DNA of 64,000 nt from Chrysomallon squamiferum (taxonomy: Eukaryota > Animalia > Mollusca). Positions 15,051 through 30,289 of the stretch are shown here, piece by piece. The stretch covers positions 32,922,001 to 32,986,000 of the forward strand of contig CM022671.1 of assembly GCA_012295275.1 (NCBI GenBank), given 5' to 3'. Every line of letters begins with the position of its first letter. The stretch's first letter is position 1. The translations under genes were made by a program, and so were the position numbers. Under the pieces are notes generated by a model, which did not search any database, was not told the origin of the DNA, and saw only the letters and a program-made list of their open reading frames with translations.

Positions 15051-17429
15051 TAAAAAACAAAAAGTCCCATCCTTCTAACCCTTTTCTTCAGCTTCACAAA
15101 ATTGCTTTATTTTGTTCCAAAAAACCACAGAAACAGCGGCGATAAAATACGACATAAAATATTTGACAAACTGATATCATAATTATTATTCTGTCAGACA
15201 CATTTTAATTTATGTGTTGCTCGGCTCAGATCTTCTGCTTCAGCTGGTTTGCGGTTTTAATTTGATGCAAACGCCCTTGCATCCCCATCGTGCATCTTCC
15301 TGTTTGTCTAAGACCCGTAGAGTAAAAACACCACTCCACTAAAAAACGCACTTCAACGTCTCACTTTCAACAGCTTAATAATTTAACACGTGCGTAATTT
15401 GCTGCTACACTAATTTCGATAATTTATGCTGCTAATGATGTTAATTAGTGTAGTGGCAAACAGGTTATTATTTATTATTTTTGCAGTACGTTCGCTAATG
15501 TATTTTTAGGACAGTTAGATTTCATATATTGAAGGTTGTAATTTACAGTGTGTGTGTTTGTGTGAAAATGAGTGGAAGACTTTCTCTGTCAGTCGGTGTA
15601 CTCGTTTAATCACAGAAATAAGTAGTTAAACACACACACACACACACAGATAATACATGCATACATTCACACAAGTACATTATATATAGCTACATGTATT
15701 AAGTACGTTGTACATACACATACACTCATATATATTTACATTAAAATAGATACATTATATACATCCAGATATACAAACATGCATATATACATACATACAT
15801 ACGTACACATATAAATGCCCACATTTACAAGTATATATGAACACACTCACACATATCTACTAACAGAGAGTCAGCGAGGAGACACAGTTAGAAACGAAAA
15901 AATAAAACTGACATAAAAATTGCACTGAATACAACGTTAATAATCTATATTAGAACTCTCGGGCTGATACCGAGGTTATGGTCATACAAAGCATGCTTGA
16001 ACAGATCTCTCACGGGAGAAAAACACAACCCACACTCACACCTCCTCTAACAATGTTAAGTCTGGCTACTGCTAAAATCATCAGACCATCGTGCAGAAGT
16101 AGCTAGAAAATTCGCGAAACATTCGCATCCTCTTGCTTCAACGCCTTGCGTCACGGAACAAAATAACTGTTCTGCATTTCTGTCAGGTTAGTGCATTTTT
16201 TTACATCACACATACGTGAGTGATAAACGGAAGAAAAAAAGAGAAGATAATTCCTCTTTTTGCACTGGTATCTGCACAGCGTTTTAGATCCATCCTTTGC
16301 GAGTTTGCGGTTAAAAATGTTGCGGGTGTATGCGACTCTGTGGTCCCTTCAATAATTTCATTCTGACGTTATAAAGTGTTAAGAATACATATACTGTGGT
16401 TGTATGTACGACGTATCTGTACCTTCCCCCATATTACGAATACCTATTTATTAAACTTTTAACTTTTCTGAAAGTAAAAAAATGGAATTACGTGTCGGAG
16501 GAACGATCATTTCTGTATACGTCCGTTTTATTAAGAGACGTGGTATGTGTTTCCTTTGTATAATACAGCATACATAAAATGAAGTAACCCATCTTATTGA
16601 ATAGGGGGGCTTTTCTTTTTCATTATCTCTGTGGACTGATGTCATTGTGTTTATATGTAACGCGGTATAATATATTTTTAGACATCTTGTTTTAATTAGC
16701 GAGTCAAAGATTCCCTAGATCTGTTACGAGAACTACAATACTGGATGGTGTAACATACTGAAATGACAACTCAGGCGCGGATCCAAACTTTTCTGGAATT
16801 CTGGCAGTTGCGACTGCGGTTTACCTGTGTAAAAAAAAGCAGTAGTAAAATCCAAAGATAGAAGAAGATAATTCTTGAAATCATTAATGTTAAAAACACT
16901 TGGTATTTTGTTATTTTTAACCCAGCTGCACACGCACACAGGCGCACATACATACACACACGCCCGCACACAGACACACATGCATATATATAAAAAGTAA
17001 GAGAAGTCTGCACATTGTTCTGAATGAGTGAGAACAAATAGATTATCTTGTGATGACTTTTACAGATACCCTTGATGAAGTCTGTAATTTGTACTGAATA
17101 CAAACATACATACATGTATTTAGAATATACATACATGCATAAACGTTCGACGTGTGTGTGTGTGTCTGCGTGCGTGCGTGCGTGCGTGTTAGACATTTGT
17201 TTGATCTATAATTATGCTAATATCTTCTTCTGGCAGACATTTCATAAATTTGCGTATAATAAACAGTAATAAACTTACGTATTCATATGATGGCCAAAAT
17301 AAATAATAAGAACACATAAAAATAAAAATAACTATCAGTTAGTTAATGTAATCAGTTGAATTTCCTAATGCTAGATTAACCCTGGATTTCAGGTGAAAAC
17401 TTTGGTAAAAAAATCCAGGCGGTCTAAGT

Positions 17430-17600
17430 GTTGTAACTCAGTGTTGGGGACACCGCCTGAGATCCACCCTTTAGGAGAACCCGTAACATTCATTGATGAT
17501 TGATTTATCAAAGGCCGTGGTAAGTAGTGCGTTGTTGTCGTTAGCGGCAAGGAGAGAGAGAAAATATGCTGCTCATTGCTAGAGAGCTTGCTGTTGTTCT
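17430..17600 (+). mobile_element. SINE remnant, same family
   Basis: Decayed tRNA-like head (GTAACTCAGTG) and body motif TTTATCAAAGGCCGTGGTA (17504-17522), shared in reverse with 15006-15024. Confidence 0.4.
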
Positions 17601-18533
17601 AACTGAGTTACAAATCTAATTTACTGAACTGCATGTTAGCACTTTAAATGAATGTTACAGGAAATATACTCGCTTAGTTGCTTTTAGGCTTTGAATTTAT
17701 TTTGTTTATTTCTTACTGCTTGTCCTTGAGATGATGATCTAAATGAACTGACGGAATTATGGTAATCATTGAGTATTGAAGATTGCCTTGTTTTTTTATT
17801 CATATTATTTACATTTATGCAGATTAACCAGATTAATCTTTAATCAAAATGAAGCCTTAATAAAACAGTTTTCCATCAGTCATCATTGATCTTGTACAGA
17901 TCTATGCACACATTGATATATATACTTCTACATAAACAGCATTTCATATTTCACGCCTGTAGACCCATACATATTTACACGAATACACGTTTACAACTAC
18001 GCATAATGGATCGAATATATAAATAACAATAAACAGATATACACATCACAATACCTATTAACATACCGGACTACGGAAGTATATTAAACTTATGCACATC
18101 AAGACAAACAAAAAAAACCATTATTTTATTTCATTTTTTGAAATGCTTTAATCCCGAAAAAAAATTAAAAAAAATAAGGTGAAATAATTTTTTTTTAATT
18201 AACATTTTGCTTGACTGTGAAACAGAATATTTACGAAACAAGTAATTTTATAGATTAGAAAAGAATTGATTTATATATTTCATAGATAATGTGAATAGTG
18301 ATTGTTAATACATATTTTCCTAGACACTGTACAGATGAATATGGTTCTGTCAACTCTAATAGCTTCACCATGTCTGATTCAAAGAATATTTTATGTAAAC
18401 AGTTTGAAATATTTATTTCTGTAACATTATTATAAATAAATAAGACAATTTTTTTATATTAACAGTCAGTAATTAAATACTAGACTTGTGTCTGTGGTTT
18501 TATTTACATTCACAAGTGCATTATATATACCCA

Positions 18534-18584
<51 letters not shown>

Positions 18585-18765
18585 TCACATAACCGGAAAT
18601 AGAACTCATTTATAAAGACTTCTTTATATTCAGCAGTGTTATTATCTTGCTAGCTAAAATTGCTCTCAACAAATTTGCTTCTATTCACTAGCTCGTTTTA
18701 TCAATCAGGAATACTGAACCGTCTAACCTTGTTTGACTTATATTCACGAATAAACAACACTAGTT

Positions 18766-19560
18766 AATTTGTAATCTAGGATTAAAGTAAATAATTTCTG
18801 CTTATATTCAGGAATAAATATTTAATTTGTAATCTAGAATTAATGTGAATATTTTCTATTTATATCCAGGAATAAATATTTGATTTGTAATCTAGGATTA
18901 ATTTTGATAGGTTCTGCTTGTATTCCAATTTTTTTTTTCATTTGTAATCTAGGATTAACGTGTGTGTGTGTGTCTGCTTCAATTCAGGAATAACTATCAT
19001 TTAATTAATAATTTAGGATGTTTTGATTAGATTCAGGAATGAATGTCAATTTGCAGACACGAATTGTTCTGAACAGTTATACTTATATTCTGTAGTAATT
19101 GTTAATAATCTTGAACTTTTTTATATAGTTTTACTTAAATCCATAATAACAATTACTAATTTGTAATATAGAATTGATGTATTTAATTTTGATTATCTCT
19201 AAAATTGATATCAAAAGTTTTACTTATATATAGGAATAAATGATATTAATTTGTAATCTATAATTCATGTTATTAGTTCTTCTTATATTTAGGACTATAT
19301 TATTAATATGTAATTCAGAACTGATGTGAAGAGTTCTACTTACATTTATGAATAAATATTACTAATTAACAATCAAGAATTCATGTAAACAGTTTTTGTT
19401 ATAATATTATTCAAAAATAATTATTATAAATTTGTAATATAGCATTCATACGAGGAGTTTTACTTGTTGTAAGGAATAAATATTATTAATTGGTAATCTG
19501 GAGTTCATTTGAACCGTTTTTTTATGTTTAGGAATAAATATAACTAATTTATAATACAGA
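18766..19560. repeat. Degenerate tandem repeat, about 57-61 bp unit, roughly 13 copies
   Basis: Recurring AATTTGTAATCTAG(G/A)ATT...CTTATATTCAGGAATAAATATT with about 60-bp periodicity. Confidence 0.75.
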
Positions 19561-20350
19561 AAAGATGACTTTTTAACACATCTGGTTGAGTCGTATTATT
19601 TTTGATTTAAAAAAAAAAAGAGAAGGATTCATGTTATATTTATGTACACAAAACGTATTTTGGTTGTTTTCTAATGTTTGTTACTTTGGTTTGTTTCTTT
19701 TAGCTGTTTGGTTCAGTTACAGTTCTATTTTTTTACTTTGTTGTTATCGTTTACATCCACAAATCGTTCTTTTCTTTTTCTTTTTTACTTTATTACCAGT
19801 CAGATATATAAACTGTTTATCTTTTTATTTTATAACCTAACTTAGTAATTAGAATGGTTTAAAGATGGGTTGTTGAATCAAGCCGTCGCATTATGCCTTT
19901 TATGTTATCTTTTGAACAAGACATAGCCCCTCAGAGTGTTTGATCTCAGATCTGTGTTTCCCTGTCTATGAGAAAGTGAATATATTTTTTTTTTTACTGC
20001 TTATCGAAAACAGTAGTTTGTGGAGAAGCGGCAATGGTGTTTTCTCTGATGCCGTCATTATAATAATGTTTATCTTTATTTTTTCATTGTACCCATTGAT
20101 ACATTTATTGAAAAAATATCTTTGAAAATATTGTCTAATGTACATACAGATCCAATTTGTCAGAAATTAACTTCATATCTAAAATCCGTTAAAATGCGTT
20201 GTGCTGATCATAAAATATATATGTTCATAATATTCATGTTAATTTTCTTTTCTTTTCAAGCGACGACCATCCTTCCCTCAAGGTGGTCTCGATTGGCACA
20301 TCAGAAGGAAAAACAGCATCCACCGCTCTGTCCGGCATGCACCAGCCACA

Positions 20351-21034
20351 ATGTCCGATCTGGCCAATGAGATTGATGATTCCGCGGAGTGCGAGAACAA
20401 CGGATGTTGCTGCGGAGAGCAGAATAACATTTCCGGGGTCACCGTGACACTCACAGACGATAATCAAAATGCTCCGGGCAATACGTCGGCCACATCAGGC
20501 CCAACGGCAAAGAATATATGCACGTGCAAACGTACAAGCAAAAAACTCAGGAAATCGCCTAAGACAACGATATTCATTAACGTCGGGGGTCAAATTTTCG
20601 AAACTTACAAATCGACTTTGAAAAAGATGAAGAATTCCGTTTTAGCCGATGAAAACAAACTAAATCATTTTTGGCGCCCGGAGGTGGGCGACTATTTCTT
20701 TGACAGAGATCCCCAAGGATTTGCGTGTATTCTTAACTACTACCGTACGGGGGAGCTGCACATCCCCACGAATATGTGTGGACCCTCCCTTCAGAATGAA
20801 CTGCTGTTTTGGGGCATCGACGAACTGGATATTGAGCGATGTTGCTGGACGCAATACAACACGTGGAAGACGCAGAGCAGGTCGCTGCAGAAGCTGGAGT
20901 ATGACCGAAAGTCGTCGACGATTCAGGACACAATGTACAACAAAGCATCTGCGTCGTGCTGGAAGAAGTGTCGCTGGAAGATCTGGAGATTTCTACAGGA
21001 TCCAACGTCATCCCTTGGAGCCAAGGTATGTGTC

Positions 21035-21110
<76 letters not shown>

Positions 21111-21445
21111 TAATAGTAAAAACAATAACAACAACAGAAACAGAAACAGCAACAGCAACAACACCCATAACAACAACAAAACAATAATAATAATAATAAT
21201 AATAATGGTCTTAAATTGTGCCAGTGACCCTAATCATATCTAGAATCAGTGTCTGTCTCATTTTTATTTGTTTGTTTGTCTGTTTGTTTTAATTAGTGTT
21301 AAAATTTCTGGTATGCTGTTAGATGCTTTATTGAAATATAATTTATTTTCACAATACAAACATTTTCTTTGTTGTTATTTCTCTGTGATCTGTCTGTCTG
21401 CTTAATATAAACGATTTGAGACAGCGTATAGATAAGAAGAGAGAT

Positions 21446-21540
<95 letters not shown>

Positions 21541-23017
21541 TAACAAAGAGGCAGACAGAAAAACAGACAGTAGAAATAGAGATATATATATATGCATGTG
21601 CACTGTCAAGTGCCATTTATGTCATAGATACATCGCGAATATCACTCTTTTTTTTTTTTTTTTTACTGTTGCTGTCACAATATTTAGCACTATTAATCGA
21701 TTATTTAATTACCAGAGAGAGATATTGTCACGGTTCTCTAAATTTCGTGTATTATTATTATTAATATTAATATTTTACTGTTATTGCTATTATTATTGTT
21801 GTTGTTGTTATTACTGTTACTGTTGCTGTGTTTTCTTCTGCTTCCGCATTTTCTTCATCGTCTTTTTCTTCTTCTTATTATTATTATTAATTTCATTATA
21901 ATTGTACTTGTTGCCGTTGTTGTTATTATTATTATCTCATCCTCAGGTTTACGCTTGGATTTCTATCATCTTTGTACTCGTGTCCATCTTTTCGTTCTGC
22001 GCGGAGACACACCCCCAGTTTCAGGTCCGACAACAAGACATTACAGAGGAGTGGCATGGACTCTACCAGTTCCTTAACATGAAAACAATAGACTGGAATC
22101 TCGCAGGACGTCTCAACATAACTGGAAACGGAAGTCATTCCGAAAACGAATCGATAGAGTTTTCGGGAGATGACGAATCTGACTCTGTTGAAGACGAAGA
22201 TACGCTCCTAACACATCCTAGTTTAGTTTTGATGGATTTGACTTGTTTGGCGTATTTCACTTTAGAATATTTCACCCGTTTTATCTGCTCACCGAGTAAA
22301 ATTAAATTTCTGCGGGCGTTGCAGAATATTATAGACTTTATCGCTATCGCCCCGGACTATATTAATATTGCTCTACTCTTTATTCAGCCGAGTAATGGTA
22401 AAGGGATGGTGATTATGGAGTTCATGTTTATTCTCAGAATGCTACGATTATGCAGAATTTTTCGTCTTATTCGCCATGTGCCTGGCTTATGGATTCTGTT
22501 GTACACACTAAAAGCCAGTTTCAACGAACTAATGTTAATGTTTGTCTTTCTTCTCATTGGGATGGTTGTGTTCGCATCTCTGATGCACTTCGCCGAGGGG
22601 AAGAATGGTTTCGACAACATTCCAATAGGATTCTGGTGGAGCGTGGTTACCATGACGACTGTCGGCTACGGCGACATGTACCCGCAGACGGCGTTCGGTT
22701 ATATTATTGGTTCCCTCTGTGCAATCGCAGGTTTACTGATGATTGCGTTCACAGTGCCTATTATTGTTAGTAACTTTGTGTTGTATTACACGCACGTGCA
22801 GTACGGATTAGCCAGGAGGGATCGTGATAGCGACACTGACAGAGATGAAGATGAGGAACAGATAAGAAAGATGGAAAGTGCTGATGCGGCTGTCAGTCCA
22901 GTGGGAATGTCATCTAAAATACGACCAGACTGCACAGCAATAGAACTAGGGGAAAATATTGGTTTAACTACATCCGGCGGAAGTCAGCCCATCTTGAGGT
23001 CGTTGTCTGTTAAGTAG
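20351..23017 (+). CDS. Shaw: Voltage-gated potassium channel, Shaw/Kv3 (KCNC) family, about 581 aa; coding exons 20351-21025 and 21947-23017
   Basis: Exon 1 encodes a T1/BTB domain (INVGG..FET, YFFDRDP, LNYYRTGELH) with the HX5CX20CC zinc motif and Kv3-like FWGIDELDIERCCW. A phase-0 intron runs from CCAAG|GTATG (21025/6) to CCTCAG|GTT (21946/7). Exon 2 encodes S1-S6, with S4 LRMLRLCRIFRLIRH and pore IPIGFWWSVVTMTTVGYGDMYP. An acceptor at 20260 implies upstream exon(s). Confidence 0.95.
21035..21108. repeat. (AAT)n microsatellite at the start of the Kv intron
   Basis: Direct reading; it explains the poly-Ile tail of ORF 20351-21187. Confidence 0.95.
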
Positions 23018-23167
23018 TGTGTGGTCGCGTTGTCTGGTCAACGACAATGGACTTTAAAATATTTGTTTTGTGAAAGAATGCTACACGAGGTCATTTGTTA
23101 TAACATTATTACAGTTTTTCTCAGTACTGAAGTATGATTTTACGAATATAAGTCTTTGTGCATGTAC

Positions 23168-23331
<164 letters not shown>

Positions 23332-23777
23332 CCGATGTTCATTTACAAGATGTAAATACTGCTTTTTATCGAGTCTTCCAAACTGAATTTATCTAACGAG
23401 TGTGAAAATTATTCCTCTTTGTTTTTCCATGAAAATTCCTAAAGTTTTAATCTGTTCTACTGATTTTTGTTGTTCTTTTTTATTGTTTTAAATCATGAAA
23501 TCTTAGTCTTTGTATTTTAGAAGACAACTAAAAACATAAAACACCATTGCTTCCTTCCTCAGTACCAGTTCTTTGTAAAATATCATTTCGAACTAAAATA
23601 AAAAGGGTGAAATCCATTTCATTAATTATAATATTAATACCATGAACATTTTTTTTTTTAAAGAATTTTTAGTATATTTTATTAATAATGATAGACTGGC
23701 ATTTGTAAGTATTAATGATAGCTTGTATAAATCAATACAGGATATAAATTTCATAAATATCTTTTCTTTCTTTTTTA

Positions 23778-23819
<42 letters not shown>

Positions 23820-25080
23820 AGTGAACAATGATGTTTCTTAAATTCACATTTATTTTTGCACGTAGAAAACCAGACATAATAATTTTAAATAACTGACAGT
23901 TTATTCGAACGGATAAAAAAGAAAATGTATTTAGACGTATCTTGATCTTTGATCAGAATTTGTTTCTAAAATTTCAGTTCTGTTAACACAAAGGTTATTA
24001 CATGTTTATGCTCAGATCAGAACCAAGATTTATACAAGATTTACGCTAACTTATTTTCAGATAAAACCTACCAAATATCAGCATCTTCTGATAGCGGTAG
24101 GCCTTTCAGAGAAGAAACAAAAGCAAGCTTCAAAAGCTACATAGTTTAAATCTTGCCAAATATTCCTGAACTAAATAGAATGTACTTCAGTTAAGTTATC
24201 TAATTTTTGATTAAAATTGATCAAATATTACTATAACGTAATACATATTCTAGATAGCACTTTCAAAACAGAGCCTAATTTAGAACTGTCCAAACAACTT
24301 TCAAACGTCCTAAATTACCAATTTCCTGATAGATCTTAAATTAACATTTTCCAAACAGAGCCTAATTTAACATTATTTAAACAATTCTAATTTAAGCACA
24401 TTTCAAACAGAGGGCACCGTAGGGATTACGATCTCACAATCTGAAAGGTTCAGATGCTACACAGCTTTATTTTCTGTAAACGCTTACCTATTTAGACTTC
24501 AAAAGCTTCATGTCTAAATTCAGCCCTATATATTACTGATAGATAATTAAAGGTAAAGTTTAATTTTGCGTTATGAGCACTAAAAAAAATGAAAGAAAAA
24601 CGAACCTACTGTACAATTGTTGAAAAGAAATATATAATTTATTTTTAAAAACAATTACGCACACCGTAATTTTGAAGATTTCTTTTATTACTCTTTCTTC
24701 TGTGATTCGTTACAGATGTCTGTTAATCATTTTTGACATTTGTTGTGAAACGTTTTATGTTCGTTAGGATAATGAACAGTTTAAACGTAATAATTTATTT
24801 TCAAATTTCGACCTTTTCGTTTGTTTATAATTCGAAGCCACGTTTATTTTTATTTTTTTATTTGTTGTTTTTTTTTTTTTTTATCCCTCTTCTTCTTCTT
24901 TTTCTTCTTCTTCCATTTTTTAAACTGAATTTTCTTATTCACAATTTATGGCTCAGTAAATCTTTTTAAATTTCTTTTTTCATATTTCCAATACAACCCA
25001 CTTTCTACATCACGTTAATGTAATTAACATACTATAATAGAATTTATTTCTTTATTTAGCATGCATGTATTTTTCTTCTT

Positions 25081-25149
<69 letters not shown>

Positions 25150-26424
25150 TAAATCAGCGAACACAGACCCAGTCAAACCTTTATTTCTAAATTTTAAAAT
25201 CCAGTAATAATTGTAACAACTTTATTCTTTATAAACCCACTGTGGCTTTACACTGCGATAATACCACTCACGTCTGCCTGATTAGAAGTTTTATTAAATA
25301 ACGTTAACTAGTATTAATAATATTACTGTTTCTTTTTACCATTACATCATGATTCTTCGATTTCATGTCTTCATCACAAAGGGCTGATGTTGTCCATGCA
25401 TCACATAGAAACGTAACTGTGTTTTTTGTGGTGTTTTTCTTTGTTCCCGTAAGTGATTTTACTATATCCATATATAATATTCAGTAGCTACGGTTTTGAA
25501 ACGTGTTATCAGCCTATATCGCACTGATATGGAATTTTCTTTCTGTTTTCTTTTGGCATTTTCAACAAGTATTTACTCTGTATTTGCGGCGCAAGAGCAC
25601 GAAGCAGCGATAAAATGTTTGTTGTTAATATTACTTTCCCTTTTATAACTGTTCACTTTTAATTATACTGTAACTTAATGTCGCGTTAAATAATTACAGT
25701 ATATGATACGCACACAGCTCAGCTACATTCTGAATGACAAACGTCATACAGGATTTACTTCTTATTTATTAAATCCAATTCTAACAGTATTTTTCTGACA
25801 ACAAAACACCAAATCATACAAATCTTCGTGTAAAAACCATTATATCACTATTATTGTTTCCCTGTAATTTTAATCGAAACACGCAAACCATAAAGTTACC
25901 ACTGGAAATTGTTACACTTAGACATTTGCCATGGACTTGAATTACAAACATTTTAAGTGCCGTAAACCAGCATCCTCTGATATCGGAACAAAATGAACGT
26001 GTCGCTGAGTTATCTTCCTAAAACAGCGCCCTCTGCTGAGTCTGCAGGAAGTAGATCATAACTATAATCATCAGCCATTTTTATCATGCAGAAAATAGCA
26101 GTTATTTAATTCAGTATTGGTTATAGCAGAAATAATTGCATATACCCTTATTAAATTTTTAACATATTCACAGTGATTGCCCACTAATGATCTCGACCCG
26201 TGGTAATTTAAGAAATATTTGTTTATTTTGATATTAATCTGAATACTTGTTTCAATTAATGTGCATGAGTAAAGTTTTTCCCTTGTTAACCAAAAGGAAA
26301 ATAATAATTCATTCCAGTTTTCATAATTTACATTCCATATGCATAAATTGAAAAAAAACGAATAGTACTAATAATTTTTTTTCTAATATATACATTTGTT
26401 CCCACCTCAATCCCCATGCTTTGT

Positions 26425-26465
<41 letters not shown>

Positions 26466-26512
26466 TATAATGACAGTGATGATTATTTTATTTATTCTAT
26501 TTATTTATTTTC

Positions 26513-26549
<37 letters not shown>

Positions 26550-29500
26550 TATTATTAATTAATTAATTTATTTATTTCATTTCATTTCATTTGGCTGCCA
26601 TAGATTGATATATATGTTAACTAAACCATAACACAATCTTATATAATTGCATCATCATATACACTACTAATTACATCATTATAAACGTTATTGTAACGAT
26701 TAACTGGCATGACTATTATTGTGAACTGTATACGATGATTATGTATTTAGGTTGACAAATTAATGTTATCATTCATACGCTTGTTATGTCATGTGAATGC
26801 GTGTATGTATGTGCGTGTACGTTTATATTTCTGGATGAAGATATATGGGATTTATCAAGGTCACTTTAATATCCTTCTTTCAGTGAGAACGTGTCTTTAA
26901 CATATTACAATTCTGGAAACCTATACAGGTTAAATAACATCTAATTTAATAAATCTTATCTTTAGGGCTTCTGGTAAGTCACGATCAATTCGGTTTTAAC
27001 TCTGCAGAAGTCAACAAAGAATAATGCTGTTAAAGGGTTCAGCCTGACAGTTTGAATAGGAAAAAGAAGCATTATTCTCTATAAAACTGCTTCTGATTTA
27101 AATCTTGCAAAACAAGACTTCTACAGCTTCTTAAAATTTAAAATCTCGCGATCTCTAACGAATTGTTTAACAGTTTTAAGATGCCAAGATCGCAAGTTGC
27201 ATATGCGGGTAATGTTTTAAAATTCTTCCGTCAAAGAAATGTTGAAACAAGCATGTGATGGACATAACCTTTTACCACGTGACAGAGCTCTGCCCAAGAC
27301 GATTTCTGTGTTAAAAAGAGCCAAACTGAAAAGTTAAAAACTGTAAACAGCATCTCTGTGAGTTGAATGGGCTATGTTCTATTGTTATACAGACTGATAT
27401 GTTGCCACTCCGGGCATGCGCAGTTTTAAACAACTAAATACCACTCAGTAGTTAAGCCAGGCCACCACGGTGGTATTCTGAAAGGTAACATCATAACAAG
27501 GAGTGACAGTTACACATGCGTCGACAATAAATACAGTGTGTTTTCAGTTACGTGTGTTTGGTTCTACATTAGAGAAAGTCATTTTGTTATTGTATGAAGA
27601 TAACTTTTTTATTCTGTGCACAGTAACCTGAAAATATTTTTGGCAAGAAATATATTTTCGTATTCTGCTATTGTAATCAGAACAATAAGGAAACAGGTTT
27701 ACGGAAATCCTAGCTGTAATTTCGTTCTTTGTAATTACTGTTTGAATATAGACTTCTTCGTAAATGTGTAATTTTAAATGTTTATTTACACTGTGTATAG
27801 ATGTATATGTGTGACGTGTATATTAGTGTAGTTTGTGTGTATGTATTCTGGGTATACTTTTGTAAACTATTCATGTGAACTAGACTTCTGAGACTCAGGC
27901 TTATAAAACTTTTTCATAATGCAAAGAATAAATTTTGCTACATATCTGATTAAAGTGACAACACACAAACACACTCACTCACACACAACAAACACACACA
28001 ACAATATAACCTTTTACAGTAATTATTTTTAATTTTTATAAGAAGTATTTTTCAGCATTCTTGATAAAAATCACAGAAGGATATTGTCCTTTAAAATGTA
28101 GATTGAAACAACACCTTTGAAGATTCAAGCGGGTTGTCTTCAGAGTGCCTTTATTAGTGTGTTACAGTGTAGGTGTAGCAGAGAATTAATGTTAGCGTGT
28201 TGCAGTGTGTTATTATGCTAGGCGGTATTTTTGCGATACCTATATAGAAAATTCGGACTAACATATTACATTGTTAGCGTGTTCGATGATTTGTGTTAAC
28301 GTGTTGGTATATTAATATTAGTATGTTAGAAGGTTAGTGATACAGCATCGTTTTATGTAAGAGTGTTAGTGTTAGCGTGCTGCAGTGTTAGTGTAAAAGT
28401 TGGAGTATTAATGTTAGTGTTAGCGGTTTAGAGACTGTTACGGTGTTAGCGGTTTAGAGACTGTTACGGTGCTAGCCTGTTACGTTAGTACGTAAGAAGG
28501 TTAGGATTAGTGTGATAGAGGATTAGTCAGCGAGAGAAAAATTGATTTTATCCAGAGCCCCCACACACACAAAAAAAGTGTAAGAAGAAGAAAACTTGAA
28601 ACATGAACAGTGGATTTCCTTATGCAGTCTGTAAACAAAATCTGAACGAGGAAGATAAATTAATATTTTCACGCCAAAACTTAATTATCGTCGAATACCC
28701 TACTCGTTACTGTCACCTGCTACGGCAATTACATATTCATTATCCATATTCGTAATCTTTTCCTGTTTCGGATTGTGTTGATTTTTGAATACTTTTTTTT
28801 TGAAACTTTTATTATTATCTTCTTCTTTTTCCTTTTTCTTACCTTAAAAAAAAAAAAAAAAAAAAAAAAAAATAAAAAAATAAAAAAATACATTTCGTGA
28901 CAAGAACTATCATAAAATATTACAAATTTATTTCATTTCAGTCCCATCATTATCGTCATTCGGTGGTCGTTTTTTTATTCAAAAATACAAAAGTATGTCG
29001 TGTATTTATTCTTTATTAACTATGTGAGTTCGACTAAAATGAAGTTGCCATTTAAAAAAAAAAAAAAAAAAAAAAAAGTATAAATACTGATTCTGCTACA
29101 ACTATTGCTTCTGCATTATCTATTGCTACAACTACTGCTATTGTAACTACTACGGCTACCACGTTTTCTACAACTGATAGTGCAATTATTACAACGACAA
29201 CTACTACTAATATTATTGCTATTAATTATGTTGCTACTACTGCTACTACTACTACTATTACTACTGTTACTACTGCTACTGATAGTACTACTACTATTAC
29301 TACTAGTAATAATAATAATAAAAATAGCTCTCTTTTCAATCTTAATTCAAGATTATCGATTAACTGATATTTCCCTTATATAATAAGTAAAGGGAAACAA
29401 CTTCTTTTTTTACCATATGTAGTCTGTAACAAAAAGCATCTTCAGTTTTGTTTTCGAAAATCATGTTTTAAAAATAAACTTATAAATAAATAAAACCATT

Positions 29501-30289
29501 ATGACCATATCTAACCTCTCATTCATGTTTTTCCCTTGTTACACTTCCAAAATTATTGTTTATTGTTGATCTATGCATTTTCTGTGATATCATGCAATAA
29601 ACATTTGATTCCAAATAAAGTTTGTAATTTTATTATTTTATTGATTATATTTAGAACATAAAAAGCAAACAAACAAATTAATGAAATACGTAAATAAATA
29701 TATAAATAAATAAATAAAAGAGGAAGGAAAAATATCAAAATTTGCATTAATTGGGTTTCAAGTAAACCAGAACAACAGGAACGACGACAACAATAACAAC
29801 AACAACAACAACAATAATGATATTATTAATATTAACAAGAATAAATGTAATAATATTACTACTACTAATAATGATAATGACGACGATGATGATGGTAACA
29901 ACCTAAAAATAATAATCTGATCTATCGCCCGTGCATTGGTTGTTAAGATCAGTATGGACGGTTTGGAACTGTGAACCTACAGTGTGACATCAGCATAATG
30001 CGAGATTTATTTGATTTTAGTTCTAAAATTACAATTTACTGTTTATGTTAAATGTCACTAGAAAAAGGCTTAAAAACTATAACATTATTTACGAGTTTGT
30101 TGTTCTGCAACTGATTTAACGATCCTCATATTTGTGGTCGACCGAAATAAATTTTGTCTGTCTCTCTCACTTTTTCGCTTCTAAATTTCTCTGCTACCAC
30201 CAAATCATTGGTTACTGTTTGTCATTAAAAGCAAATGATCTGTTATGTGTATTCACAAAAAGAAAAGTAAATACCATTCCTCTGCTACA

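Noticed and set aside
21026-21187. Poly-Ile/Thr C-terminus of ORF 20351-21187
   Set aside because: Read-through into the intron (AAT)n; the real frame splices at 21025 to 21947.
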